Shown: positions 19,982-29,749 of the stretch, in pieces
How positions within the stretch are numbered: the stretch's first letter is position 1
Layout of the letters: every line of letters starts with the position of its first letter
Source of the DNA: a bacterium
Lineage (GTDB): Bacteria; Patescibacteriota; Patescibacteriia; UBA10025
Assembly: GCA_021815445.1 (NCBI GenBank)
Contig: JAKAGM010000001.1
Span: 659,710 to 723,709 of the forward strand
DNA length: 64,000 nt
Direction: 5' to 3'
The notes under the pieces: generated by a model
The model's database searches: none
The model's input: only the letters and a program-made list of their open reading frames with translations
Told to the model about the DNA's origin: nothing
Translations under genes and position numbers: made by a program

Positions 19982-21232
19982 TTATTTGGCATGAGGAAAT
20001 ATGCTTGAAATGACCAGAACAACTGTCGCCGCAATAATCCCTCCGATAGTCAGCCACGCGATAATATTGCCGAATTTCTTGTTGGTATTTTCCCCCATTA
20101 TCTTTTTGTTGTTGATAATTTTTATGACAAAGACAAGTATGAAAGGCAAAAGAATGCCGTTGATATCCTGCGACCACAGCATTATTTTAATCAGGGGGAC
20201 ATGGGGAATGAGGACTACGCCTGCCGGAATAATTAATGAGAGCAGGATGATACTATAGAAAAATTTCCCCTCTTTCCACTTCGTGTTAAACCCGTGCTCC
20301 CACCCGAACGCTTCGCAGATCGCGTACGCCGTTGTCGTCGGGAGGATAAACGCTCCAAGCATCGACGCAATAAAGAGACCGAAAGCAAAAAGCACCTTAG
20401 CAAAATCTCCTGCAAGCGGCTGGAGGGCATAGGCGGCATCTTTTGCATCCTGTATGTGGATGCCATGGACAAAAAATGTCGCTGCGCATCCGATGATAAT
20501 GAAGAAACTTACGATGTCGGTAATGAATGCGCCAAGGTACACTTCAAACTTTTCAGCTTTATAATGCTTAAGACCGAGCCCTTTGTCGACGACATATGAT
20601 TGGATAAAGAACTGTCCCCATGGAGTGATTGTCGTACCGATAAGCGCGATCATTGTGAGTAAAAATGGCGATGTCCATTGTATAGTCGGGGTCACCAGGC
20701 TCTTTGCCGCCAGAGTAAAATCGGGATGGACATGGAATCCGTTAATGATATAAATGACATAGAACATGGAAAACATCAGGAATATTTTCTGGGCGGTCTT
20801 GAACGACCCTTTGTACAAAATAAACCATACGGCAAATCCGGCAAGCGGGACGGAGATATACTTTACAATGTTAAAAATCTCCAGCGACTCCGCGATACCG
20901 GCGAACTCGGCCATCATGGTTCCGAGATTTGCGATCAGCATCGCGACCATCGCGAAGACGGTCCACCGGACGCCGAAATTTTCCCTGATCAGCGACGCAA
21001 GGCCTTTTCTGGTGACGAGGCCGATGCGGATCCCCATTTCCTGAGTAATAGCCAAAGAAAAGGTGATAAGAAGCAGCACCCAGAGCATTGAGTACCCAAA
21101 GCTCGCACCGACGACTGAGTATGTGCTGATGCCGCCCGCGTCGTTATCAGCGTTTGCGGCGATGATGCCGGGCCCGATCACGCTTAAAAAAAACAGCACC
21201 CTCGGCCAGTTCCTTTTTACCCATCCCACCAT
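19982..21232 (-). CDS. mntH: Nramp-family divalent metal (Mn2+/Fe2+) transporter
   Basis: 416 aa. GPGIIAANADNDAGGISTYS and MAEFAGIAESLEIF motifs, ~11 TM helices characteristic of MntH/Nramp. Confidence 0.85.
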   Translation of the reverse strand: MVGWVKRNWPRVLFFLSVIGPGIIAANADNDAGGISTYSVVGASFGYSMLWVLLLITFSLAITQEMGIRIGLVTRKGLASLIRENFGVRWTVFAMVAMLIANLGTMMAEFAGIAESLEIFNIVKYISVPLAGFAVWFILYKGSFKTAQKIFLMFSMFYVIYIINGFHVHPDFTLAAKSLVTPTIQWTSPFLLTMIALIGTTITPWGQFFIQSYVVDKGLGLKHYKAEKFEVYLGAFITDIVSFFIIIGCAATFFVHGIHIQDAKDAAYALQPLAGDFAKVLFAFGLFIASMLGAFILPTTTAYAICEAFGWEHGFNTKWKEGKFFYSIILLSLIIPAGVVLIPHVPLIKIMLWSQDINGILLPFILVFVIKIINNKKIMGENTNKKFGNIIAWLTIGGIIAATVVLVISSIFPHAK

Positions 21233-21286
21233 CCGTGTATCACGGTAAAATAATTAAATCCTCCTTAGAGAAATTCAATACTCGCC

Positions 21287-22501
21287 TTATGCTTCGGGGA
21301 CCAAATACCGCATAATATCATCGACGCTGATGATTCCCTGGATTCTTTTCTCCTTGTCGATGACGGCTACAGAAAGTAAATTATACTTTGTCATCACCCG
21401 CGCCACTTCACTGAGCCGAGTCCTGCTCCTAAGCATGATCATATTTGTCGTCATGCGCTCTGAGACCTTTAATGCACTTGGCGAGACAAAGAGGGTCCTC
21501 ACGGAAAGAACTCCGAGAAGATGCTTTTCGCCGTCTACGACATAGAGATAATAAATTGAACCGAATTCGTCCGAGATCTTTCTAATGTAATTCTGCGCTT
21601 CTTCGATTGTCCACGTGGGGAGGATAGTGACAAATGCCGTGGACATGAGTGAACCCGCTGTGTTCTCGTGATATCCGGAGAGTTTTTTGACAGCGGTTTG
21701 CTCGGTACTCTCAAGTTTGGTGAGTAATTCGCTGGAAGCGCTGTCAGGCATTCGTCTGACGACATCGGCAATTTCATCAGTAGGCATCTCTCGAATAATT
21801 TCGGCAGCGCGTTTCTCGCCGATAAGATTAACGAGGAGGTTTCTCACCTTTGGGTGAACTTCTCCCAGTACTTTCGCCGCGGTCTCATCATCGAGAGCCT
21901 TGACCACCCGGCTTCCTTCTTTGATATTGAGCTGTTCGATGAGGTTCGCGATGTCAGCGGGGTGTATCTTCTGAATTTCGGCGAGACGCGTTTTGATTCT
22001 CAAATCCCCGCTGTGCCTCCCGACGAGACTGACGTCTTTCCAGTCAATATATCCAAGAGATGAGGATTTATAAAAGGGAATCGCATGAACATTGATCCCC
22101 AGGCGCCGCAGCAAAGACCAGTTGGACACGTCAATGCCCACAACAGCAAAAGTGTTCCCAACCTTGCCGAGCTGGAGGTCATTGACCCTGACGACCCGCA
22201 CCCCCCTCATATCGACAATTTGCTGGTCCAGAACGTCAGAAACCAGCATCAGGTAGCTCCCCGTCCGAGTATACGGGGTAACGTGTTCCTTTGTGACTGT
22301 CAGTGTGACCTCTTTTTCTCCGATATTCTCAATCTGCTCCCAGGGGATTACAAGCTCTTCCTTACCCTTTTTCACTACAAGCGCTTCGACGCGAGGATAT
22401 TCGTGAAGGTCATATTTTGTCACCACATCAGCGAGTTTGCCGATATCCTCATATTGGCTGTCTATTACCGGGGCATGGAGCAGTCTGCTGAGATGAATCA
22501 T
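21287..22501 (-). CDS. soluble CBS-pair protein with MgtE-N-like domain (no transporter membrane domain)
   Basis: 404 aa. N-terminal PRC-barrel-like region, a central region resembling the MgtE N-domain (DETAAKVLGEVHPKVRNLLVNLIGEKRAAEIIREMPTDEIADVV), C-terminal tandem CBS motifs. No hydrophobic helices. Confidence 0.65.
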   Translation of the reverse strand: MIHLSRLLHAPVIDSQYEDIGKLADVVTKYDLHEYPRVEALVVKKGKEELVIPWEQIENIGEKEVTLTVTKEHVTPYTRTGSYLMLVSDVLDQQIVDMRGVRVVRVNDLQLGKVGNTFAVVGIDVSNWSLLRRLGINVHAIPFYKSSSLGYIDWKDVSLVGRHSGDLRIKTRLAEIQKIHPADIANLIEQLNIKEGSRVVKALDDETAAKVLGEVHPKVRNLLVNLIGEKRAAEIIREMPTDEIADVVRRMPDSASSELLTKLESTEQTAVKKLSGYHENTAGSLMSTAFVTILPTWTIEEAQNYIRKISDEFGSIYYLYVVDGEKHLLGVLSVRTLFVSPSALKVSERMTTNMIMLRSRTRLSEVARVMTKYNLLSVAVIDKEKRIQGIISVDDIMRYLVPEA

Positions 22502-22574
22502 ATTGGCTGTCTATCTGAGTGAAGTTGATGTCTGTTCAATGTATTCCGTTCAAAAAGCGGGTAAAGGTGATCGG

Positions 22575-23105
22575 TTAATTCTTCTTTTCCAGAAAAAACC
22601 GCGCTGGCTCCTGCGTGAGATCCCATGAACGGGCCTGGAATGCTTCTCCGTACTTCTCTACATACTTTACCGCGAAGCTCTGGAGTGCGTCAAAAAGATC
22701 AAGGTCGAGAATCCCTGCGACAGCGGTAACTACCTTATGCACCGCTGAAGCCCGTTCTGCTGAGGTTTTGAATCCATAGTGCAGGTTTTGCCTGACCAGA
22801 TTGGTCATGAGGAATACCAACATCACGCTGGTATCCTCATCCGCACCGATAGTCAAGGGGCGGGAAAGGGAATCGCCGTTAGCGACAATGTAAATAGGAA
22901 TCAGGGGATCTGTGTGCTCTTCCCACGGATAGCCGGAAAATACCGGGATTGCTTTGAGGATTTGCTCGATATATATATCATATACCTCTTCAAAGTTCCC
23001 GCCGGCGGTAATAATATCCTGCCATACTTCAGAGAACGGCTTGTCTCCCTTATACAGTCTTTCAGCGTAGTCAAAACTATAATGAATTTCGGTCTTTGGG
23101 ATCAT
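22575..23105 (-). CDS. hypothetical protein
   Basis: 176-aa ORF with compact spacing to its neighbours. No recognisable motif. Confidence 0.45.
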   Translation of the reverse strand: MIPKTEIHYSFDYAERLYKGDKPFSEVWQDIITAGGNFEEVYDIYIEQILKAIPVFSGYPWEEHTDPLIPIYIVANGDSLSRPLTIGADEDTSVMLVFLMTNLVRQNLHYGFKTSAERASAVHKVVTAVAGILDLDLFDALQSFAVKYVEKYGEAFQARSWDLTQEPARFFLEKKN

Positions 23106-23199
23106 ATTCGATTACTTACCAGCGCAGGCACGGCGGCCCTGCGCTGCGCATGTTATCAACTCCGGGCACGCCCCCCGCTGTGGGTGCGCTCAAATGGTT

Positions 23200-26100
23200 T
23201 CAAACCACAATACTCACCAGCCGTCCTTTAATGTATATGACTTTCTTCGGTTGCTTGCCGTCCAGCCATTTAAGCACTTTTTCGCTCGAGAGCGCAAGTT
23301 TCTTGGCTTCGTCCTCGGAAATATCTGAGGCAACTTTCATTTGGTCGCGGACTTTGCCGTTTATTTGGACTACAATAGTAATTTCGTCCTCGACGATCAA
23401 TTTTGGATCGAAAGAAGGCCACGGTTCTTTGGAAATACTTTCTTTGTGACCTAGCTGCTCCCAAAGTTCCTCTGAAAGGTGGGGGGCGAAGGGTGAAAGT
23501 AGTCGTAACAAAACTTCAAAATCTTGCTTTAAAAATTCGGCCGGTGCCTCTGCTACTGCATTCGTATACTTCATATATTCTGAAACAGCAGTGTTGAACT
23601 TGAACTGTTCGATGTCCACAGTGATCTTCTTAACTAACTGGTGTGTTCTTTTATTCATGGTCGCCATCGCAGGCGCGGAGACCTGCGCTGGCTGATCGAC
23701 AAATACATTCCATACTCTCTCCAAAAATCTTTTTACCCCGATCATCCCCTGCGTACTCCACGGCTTGGCGTCCTCGAATGGACCCATAAACATTTCATAC
23801 ATGCGCATGGTGTCTGCCCCGAACTTCTTGATGACTTCATCGGGATTGATGACGTTGCCCCGGGACTTGGACATCTTCTGTCCGTCTTCGCCGAGAATGA
23901 GCCCCTGGTTTTTTAACTTTGTGAACGGCTCGTCGCCGTGTTTCTTTACGAATGACTTTGGCACGACCTCAATGTCGCACAGGAACTTATAGATGAATCG
24001 AGCGTAGAGCAGGTGAAGTACTGCGTGTTCCGCACCGCCGATATACATATCTACTGGCAGCCATTTCTCTAGCTTTTTCGGATCGGCAAGCTTTTTGTCA
24101 TTCTTCGGATCGCAGTAGCGCAGGAAATACCAGTTCGATCCGGCCCACTGGGGCATGGTATTCGTCTCACGCTTTGCCGGCTTGCCGCACTTCGGGCATT
24201 TCACATTCACCCATTTTTCAATACTGGCCAAGGGCGACTCACCTGTGCCGGTGGGTTCGTACTTTTTTACGTTGGGAAGTTCGACGGGCAAATCTTTTTC
24301 GTGAACAGGATTCACTCCGACGGGCAGGGGGTTCTTTCCAACTATTTCTTCGAGAACTTCGGGGAATGTATATGCATGGCCATTTTTCAATGAGAAATGA
24401 TTGCGCCCGGGGAGGAGATGATAGTCGCCGCGGAGTTTCTTCTTATACCATTCCGGGATTTCGGCGGGAATGTACGCATCATTGTCCGAATAATAATATG
24501 AAATTTTTTCCGTGTTTTTTTGCACATCGGCGTACCGAAGTTCGGCCTCATGGAATTTCCTTTGCCAAGCCGCGGGATTATCGGGATGCTGCTTCTGGAA
24601 TTCGGTCCAATCCATCTCTGTGCTGGTTGGAGCCACTAAAATCAGTTTTTTGATCTTTTTCTTGCGTGATGCCAAAAAATACATTGCCGCGATGCCGCCG
24701 AGTGAATGACCGATCAGTATTGTATGTTCATCAAATGCATTCTTCAACGTTTCCAAAGCCGTTAACCATTGTTCACGGTCAGGCTGCTTCGAGTCAGGCA
24801 TATCGGGTACTATAACCTGATGTCCAAGTTCGCGTAGTTTGGTCGCCAACCAGTCATACCAGTTCGCCTTGCCATTGCTCCCCGTACCGTGAATAATCAC
24901 AATAGTTTCTTTTTTCTGCTTCCGACAATGTTCACAATGCACAATCGGTATCGGTTCGCCCCAGTACCGCTGTCGGCTAAATAGCCAATCGCGAAGTTTA
25001 TATTGCACTTTGAATCTGCCGCGACCGTCTTTTTCGAGACGCGCAATGATTTTTTTCTTACACTGGACCGTCGTCAATCCGTCGTACTCTCCTGAGTTTA
25101 TTGCTACTCCTTCGCCGATAAACGCCGCCGGCTTTACATAATATTGCCAAATTTCTTTGGCATTTAAATGGGTAACGGCATCCAATACCTTGTGTTCAGA
25201 CACCCAGACTGGCTCATGCTTTTCTTTTTCCTCATTGTGAATCTGATGTCGTGTCTCATCGACTAAATCAAACACGACACCGCTAGCCATGCCGTATCTG
25301 TTTTCATTCTTATGCTTGGCAAAAAAGGTGAAATGAGTCTGCCAGTTTATTTCCTCGACAAACTTGAGATTGATATAGCCTGTTTCTTCGGCTATTTCGC
25401 GTTTCGCGGCTGTTATCAAGTCCTCCCCGTCTTCTACTCCGCCGACGACAAACGATACCCAATCATATTTTTTCCACCGCAGGCAAAGGACGTCATTGTT
25501 CTTCGGATTCCTGACGATACCATACACGAGCTTGCGCCTCACCATCGGTTTGTCCGATCGCAATTTCAAGTCTTCGGTATTCTGAAAAAAAGGAGCCATC
25601 ACCTGCTTGACAGGCAGTGAATATTTTTTCGCAAACTCAAAGTCCCGCTGGTCATGCGCCGGCACCGCCATAATCGCGCCAGTGCCGTAAGACATCAAAA
25701 CGTAGTCCGCCGCCCATATAGGGATTTCCTGTCCATCAACAGGGCGAATCGCTTTTATCCCCTTAAGCTCAACGCCGGTTTTTACTTTCACTAAATCGGT
25801 TCTCTCTAAGTCCGACTTATTTACGGCGGAATGAATATATTTTTCAACTTCGCTTTTATTTTCAACCATGCTGAGGGCATCCTGGACAAGCGGGTGCTCA
25901 GGGGCAACCACCATATATGTAGCGCCGAATATCGTGTCGGGTCGCGTAGTAAAAACAGTGAGCTCCCTGGTTTGTAGTTTCGGGTTTTGAATTTTGAACA
26001 CGATTTCGGCGCCTTCGCTCTTCCCGATCCAGTTCTTCTGCAACAGTTTGATGTTCTCCGGCCAGTCAACTTTGTCTAAATCGTTCAGCAACCGTTCGAT

Positions 26101-26700
26101 GTACCGTTCGTCGGTGATTTTCACCAGCCACTGTTTGATTTTTTTCTTGGTGACGGGAGTCCCGCACCGTTCGCATTTGCCGTCGATGACCTCTTCGTTC
26201 GCCAGACCCGTCTTGTCTTTCGGGCACCAGTTGATCGGGGCGTCAGCCTCGTAGGCGAGGCCGTGCTCGAAAAGTTTGAGGAAGATCCACTGCGTCCATC
26301 GGTAATACTTCGGATCGGAGGTAATAACTTCACGATCCCAGTCATAGGAAAAGCCGAGCGACTGAATCTGCCGCCGCATGTTCTCGATGTTTTTCGCTGT
26401 CGTCACCGCGGGATGTGTGCCTGTTTTGAGGGCGTAGTTTTCCGCCGGAAGTCCGAATGCGTCGAACCCCATCGGGTGGAGCACCTCAAATCCTTTCATC
26501 CGCAGGTAGCGGGAATAAATATCCGACGCCGTGTATCCCTCGGGATGGCCGACATGCAGACCCTCGGCTGACGGATACGGGAACATGTCCAGAATGTACT
26601 TCTTTTCCCGTCGTGAAGTATCGCTGGCATGGAATGACTTCTCTTTTGCCCAACGTTCTTGCCACTTTTTTTCTATGCTCTGGTGGTCGTAACGGTCCAT
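23200..26700 (-). CDS. leuS: leucyl-tRNA synthetase with inserted NUDIX and alpha/beta-hydrolase domains
   Basis: HIGH motif (HVGHPEGY), KMSKS motif (KMSKSRGN), CP1 editing domain (TTRPDT, AHDQRD), anticodon-binding and C-terminal domains all present. 1166 aa versus ~800-880 for canonical bacterial LeuRS. Extra NUDIX box [23 protein letters not shown] and GHSLGG serine-hydrolase module. Confidence 0.9.
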   Translation of the reverse strand: MDRYDHQSIEKKWQERWAKEKSFHASDTSRREKKYILDMFPYPSAEGLHVGHPEGYTASDIYSRYLRMKGFEVLHPMGFDAFGLPAENYALKTGTHPAVTTAKNIENMRRQIQSLGFSYDWDREVITSDPKYYRWTQWIFLKLFEHGLAYEADAPINWCPKDKTGLANEEVIDGKCERCGTPVTKKKIKQWLVKITDERYIERLLNDLDKVDWPENIKLLQKNWIGKSEGAEIVFKIQNPKLQTRELTVFTTRPDTIFGATYMVVAPEHPLVQDALSMVENKSEVEKYIHSAVNKSDLERTDLVKVKTGVELKGIKAIRPVDGQEIPIWAADYVLMSYGTGAIMAVPAHDQRDFEFAKKYSLPVKQVMAPFFQNTEDLKLRSDKPMVRRKLVYGIVRNPKNNDVLCLRWKKYDWVSFVVGGVEDGEDLITAAKREIAEETGYINLKFVEEINWQTHFTFFAKHKNENRYGMASGVVFDLVDETRHQIHNEEKEKHEPVWVSEHKVLDAVTHLNAKEIWQYYVKPAAFIGEGVAINSGEYDGLTTVQCKKKIIARLEKDGRGRFKVQYKLRDWLFSRQRYWGEPIPIVHCEHCRKQKKETIVIIHGTGSNGKANWYDWLATKLRELGHQVIVPDMPDSKQPDREQWLTALETLKNAFDEHTILIGHSLGGIAAMYFLASRKKKIKKLILVAPTSTEMDWTEFQKQHPDNPAAWQRKFHEAELRYADVQKNTEKISYYYSDNDAYIPAEIPEWYKKKLRGDYHLLPGRNHFSLKNGHAYTFPEVLEEIVGKNPLPVGVNPVHEKDLPVELPNVKKYEPTGTGESPLASIEKWVNVKCPKCGKPAKRETNTMPQWAGSNWYFLRYCDPKNDKKLADPKKLEKWLPVDMYIGGAEHAVLHLLYARFIYKFLCDIEVVPKSFVKKHGDEPFTKLKNQGLILGEDGQKMSKSRGNVINPDEVIKKFGADTMRMYEMFMGPFEDAKPWSTQGMIGVKRFLERVWNVFVDQPAQVSAPAMATMNKRTHQLVKKITVDIEQFKFNTAVSEYMKYTNAVAEAPAEFLKQDFEVLLRLLSPFAPHLSEELWEQLGHKESISKEPWPSFDPKLIVEDEITIVVQINGKVRDQMKVASDISEDEAKKLALSSEKVLKWLDGKQPKKVIYIKGRLVSIVV

Positions 26701-26857
26701 ATGTGGCGAAATTGTACCATTTTTTCAACAATAAAAAAACTGACCTCCCAAACAGAGCATTGACACGCGAGACCGGCGATGATATGCTTTCCCTTGACTC
26801 AAAATTTTACTGAAAAACGCTATACTTGGCCTTCGAATCAAGAAAACACTGGTCGTA

Positions 26858-28168
26858 GTGCTTCATGCCTTCTTGCGGGGGTCATGGGCAATTGCGCGCG
26901 GATTTGGACGTTTTCTTGACATGGGCCTGGCGAAGCCGTTGCGGGCAATCGGCATCATCGTCTTTAAACATGGGTTGGTACATCTCTATCGCGCCTACCT
27001 CATCGCAAAAAATGCGCTGAAGAGTTTTTTTTCACCTGCAAAAAACAAAATACTCTTCCCGCTCATGAAAAGGGGGATACTGCATATACTTCTCGTGATT
27101 ATCGCCGCCGGGGTTATTTTCACAAATCTTAACGTCCATACCGGCCGGGCAGAGACTCTCGGACAGGGCACGCTGATGGGAACGCTTGTGCCGCCGGAGG
27201 AAGCCGATACAGTGGAAACAATCACGAAGATCCCCCAGAAACACGTATCGTATCTCGGCGACTTTGCAAGCGCGCAGTACGAAAGCGGTCAGGGCACCGA
27301 CCAGGACCAGGGCCCTCTCAGCATTGCTGATACGAGCGGAGCCCTGATTCAGCCGACGCTCCCGTCCACCACGCAATCGGGCGCGGCACGAGACCAAGTA
27401 GAATATTATATTGTCCAAGGCGGTGACACTTCCAGCACTATTGCCGAGAAGTTCGGGATCTCCACCAATACGCTATTGTGGGAAAATCGTCTCGGCCCGA
27501 GTGATGTGATAAAACCCGGCCAGAAGCTTACTATCCTGCCTACAAGCGGTCTCTCTTATCAAGTACAAAAAAACGACACTCTGGCGAGCATCGCAAAAAA
27601 GCTTTCCGCGGATGAAAATACCATCATAGATTACAATCAGCTTGCCAATGCGGATGCCATCGAGCTTGGCCAGATTCTGATCGTTCCGGGCGGGAAACCC
27701 CCTGAACAACCGGCGCAACCACGGACGCAACCGTCTGCACCGTCGACCGCCGTCCCGTCACAGGTTGCCACAGGTCCGATACCTCCTTCGGCAAGGGCGC
27801 CCGTTGGCTCGAGGTTTTTATGGCCCACCACCAGCCATAGAATTAATCAGTATTTCAAAGGATACCGGCATACCGGACTGGACATAGACGGTGATTACTC
27901 TTCGCCAATCTGGGCTGCGGCTGACGGCACCGTAGAGTTGGTCGCTTATCAAAATTACGGGTACGGGTACCACATCATCATCAACCACGGGGGAGGATTC
28001 AAAACGCTGTACGGACACGCGAGCAAAATCTTCGTTAAACAGGGGCAACATGTTGATAAAGGTCAGACCATAGCCATAGTCGGCAGCACCGGCAGGTCTA
28101 CGGGCACTCACGTCCATTTCGAAGTGATTATCAACGGCCAGAAAGTAAACCCGTTAAGCTACCTCTAG
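26858..28168 (+). CDS. LysM-domain M23 family metallopeptidase
   Basis: Two LysM-like repeats (YIVQGGDTSSTIAEKFGISTNTLLWEN, YQVQKNDTLASIAKKL), Pro-rich linker, C-terminal M23 motifs (HTGLDIDGD, GYGYHIIINHGGGFKTLYGHAS, GSTGRSTGTHVHFE). Alternative start at MKRGILH (27065) gives a cleaner signal-anchor. Confidence 0.85.
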   Translation: MLHAFLRGSWAIARGFGRFLDMGLAKPLRAIGIIVFKHGLVHLYRAYLIAKNALKSFFSPAKNKILFPLMKRGILHILLVIIAAGVIFTNLNVHTGRAETLGQGTLMGTLVPPEEADTVETITKIPQKHVSYLGDFASAQYESGQGTDQDQGPLSIADTSGALIQPTLPSTTQSGAARDQVEYYIVQGGDTSSTIAEKFGISTNTLLWENRLGPSDVIKPGQKLTILPTSGLSYQVQKNDTLASIAKKLSADENTIIDYNQLANADAIELGQILIVPGGKPPEQPAQPRTQPSAPSTAVPSQVATGPIPPSARAPVGSRFLWPTTSHRINQYFKGYRHTGLDIDGDYSSPIWAAADGTVELVAYQNYGYGYHIIINHGGGFKTLYGHASKIFVKQGQHVDKGQTIAIVGSTGRSTGTHVHFEVIINGQKVNPLSYL

Positions 28169-28234
28169 CATTGCATCAATGTAAACAAAAGCGAGTTTTC
28201 TGAGCACTCAGGAAACTCGCTTTGATATATGGAT

Positions 28235-29044
28235 TTACCGCTTCACCGTTTGCTGGATTTTTTCGATGATTTCATCAATTGTGAAGTTCGATTTGATAAG
28301 GTAGTCGCTTGCCCCCAGCGCTTTGCCCTTTTCGACATCGGCCTCCTGTCCGAGATTGGAAAGTAAAACAACGGGGATGGTCTTGAGCGACTCGGAGCTC
28401 TTCATACGCTTCAGTATTTCGAATCCGTCTATTCCGGGCAGAATAATATCGAGCAATACCACGTGAGGACGGTCGTTTGCAATGCGTTCCAGCCCTTCAG
28501 GCCCGTCAATGGCCGTACTGACATCGAACCCCTCTCGTGCGAGCTTTGTGCGCATAAGATCCCGGAGAAATTGATCATCCTCAATCACAAGCACTTTGAT
28601 GCCATGGGAGACGGCTGCATCGGGCAGTTTGCCGGCCATACGAACTGTCTTCTGGATCGGCGGCGCGCTCTCAGTCTGTTGTAAAAGCGCTTTAACCTTT
28701 GAGATGACTTCCGCTGGAGTAAATTCGGCTTTAATAATGTAGTCGCGTGCTCCGAGCTTCGTCGCCCTATCTATCTCTACTGGCTGTCCGGAGTTGGAGA
28801 TAATGATCACTGGCGGGATCGGACGCTTATCTTTCTGCAATTCTTCAAGCACTTCATATCCGTTGAGGCGCGGCATCAGAATATCGAGCAAGACAATGTC
28901 GGGGCTTACCTCGCGTATTTTTCGCAGACCTATCTCGCCGTTCTCCGCCGTAAAGACGTCAAAGCCCTCCTTCATGAGCTTTTTTTCGAGCACATCGAGC
29001 AATACTTTTTCATCCTCAATAATGAGTATTTTTTTTCGTGTCAT
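28235..29044 (-). CDS. response regulator with two tandem receiver (REC) domains and no output domain
   Basis: Two CheY-like halves, each with the DD...D...K pattern (ILIIEDEKVLLD...DIVLLDILMP and VLVIEDDQFLRD...HVVLLDIILP). Confidence 0.8.
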   Translation of the reverse strand: MTRKKILIIEDEKVLLDVLEKKLMKEGFDVFTAENGEIGLRKIREVSPDIVLLDILMPRLNGYEVLEELQKDKRPIPPVIIISNSGQPVEIDRATKLGARDYIIKAEFTPAEVISKVKALLQQTESAPPIQKTVRMAGKLPDAAVSHGIKVLVIEDDQFLRDLMRTKLAREGFDVSTAIDGPEGLERIANDRPHVVLLDIILPGIDGFEILKRMKSSESLKTIPVVLLSNLGQEADVEKGKALGASDYLIKSNFTIDEIIEKIQQTVKR

Positions 29045-29051
29045 AGTATTG

Positions 29052-29744
29052 TCAGACTACGTTTTTGAGTGTTCGCTTGTAGTATACTCCGATAAAGATG
29101 CTGAGAAAAGCCGACAAGGAAAAAAAGTCCGAAACCAACACCATGAGCTGCGTGCCCGCAGAATAGTAAGTCGCGGCCGCTATAAGCAGGAGGGAAATGC
29201 CAAAAGCGATCCAGATGGAGCGAACGCGGATGACACGGTCACGAGTCCGCATTCCCTGGTAAAAGAAAAATAAACTTGAGGGAACAAGCACTAAGAGGAG
29301 CAATACCGATGTGAGCGTGCCGAAGATCTCATCAATATTCCAGTTAGTTAAGCCGGTCGTTGGATCATAGAAGGGTTCGTGAAAGCGAATGATGCCGACG
29401 ATAAGGACGCCGAGTGAGAGCGTAAGAAAAATCCAAAAGAGAACCCTGTGAAGACCGGTTTTGAAAAAGAATGTCGTGACCATGACGAAGTATGCCGTAG
29501 CGAGAAAAAGAAAGGCGTGTGCGACAATAAATCCGATCCCTATCGCCTGGGCATTGTGCGGCGCCAGAAGACGAGGAAGTGAAAATGCAAAGTAGGCAAA
29601 GATAAGAAAAAAATATGCGGTGGCAAAATAGCTCAGCACGGTATTTGGCGGATCCATTTTATACGACCGATATATCCTCCACGCACAGAACCCGCAGAGT
29701 ATGCTGTTGAGGAGATCAATGACGGGAGAAATAGGAAAATTCAT
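29052..29744 (-). CDS. polytopic membrane protein of unknown function (inside two-component operon)
   Basis: 230 aa with ~6-7 hydrophobic helices. 5-bp gap to the kinase gene and 7-bp gap to the dual-REC gene. Confidence 0.55.
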   Translation of the reverse strand: MNFPISPVIDLLNSILCGFCAWRIYRSYKMDPPNTVLSYFATAYFFLIFAYFAFSLPRLLAPHNAQAIGIGFIVAHAFLFLATAYFVMVTTFFFKTGLHRVLFWIFLTLSLGVLIVGIIRFHEPFYDPTTGLTNWNIDEIFGTLTSVLLLLVLVPSSLFFFYQGMRTRDRVIRVRSIWIAFGISLLLIAAATYYSAGTQLMVLVSDFFSLSAFLSIFIGVYYKRTLKNVV

Positions 29745-29749
29745 ATGAA

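Noticed and set aside
26701-26857. Divergent leuS / M23-peptidase intergenic region searched for promoters or T-box
   Set aside because: Only weak -35/-10 candidates (TTGACA-17-TATGCT). No T-box-like specifier or antiterminator structure recognisable by eye.
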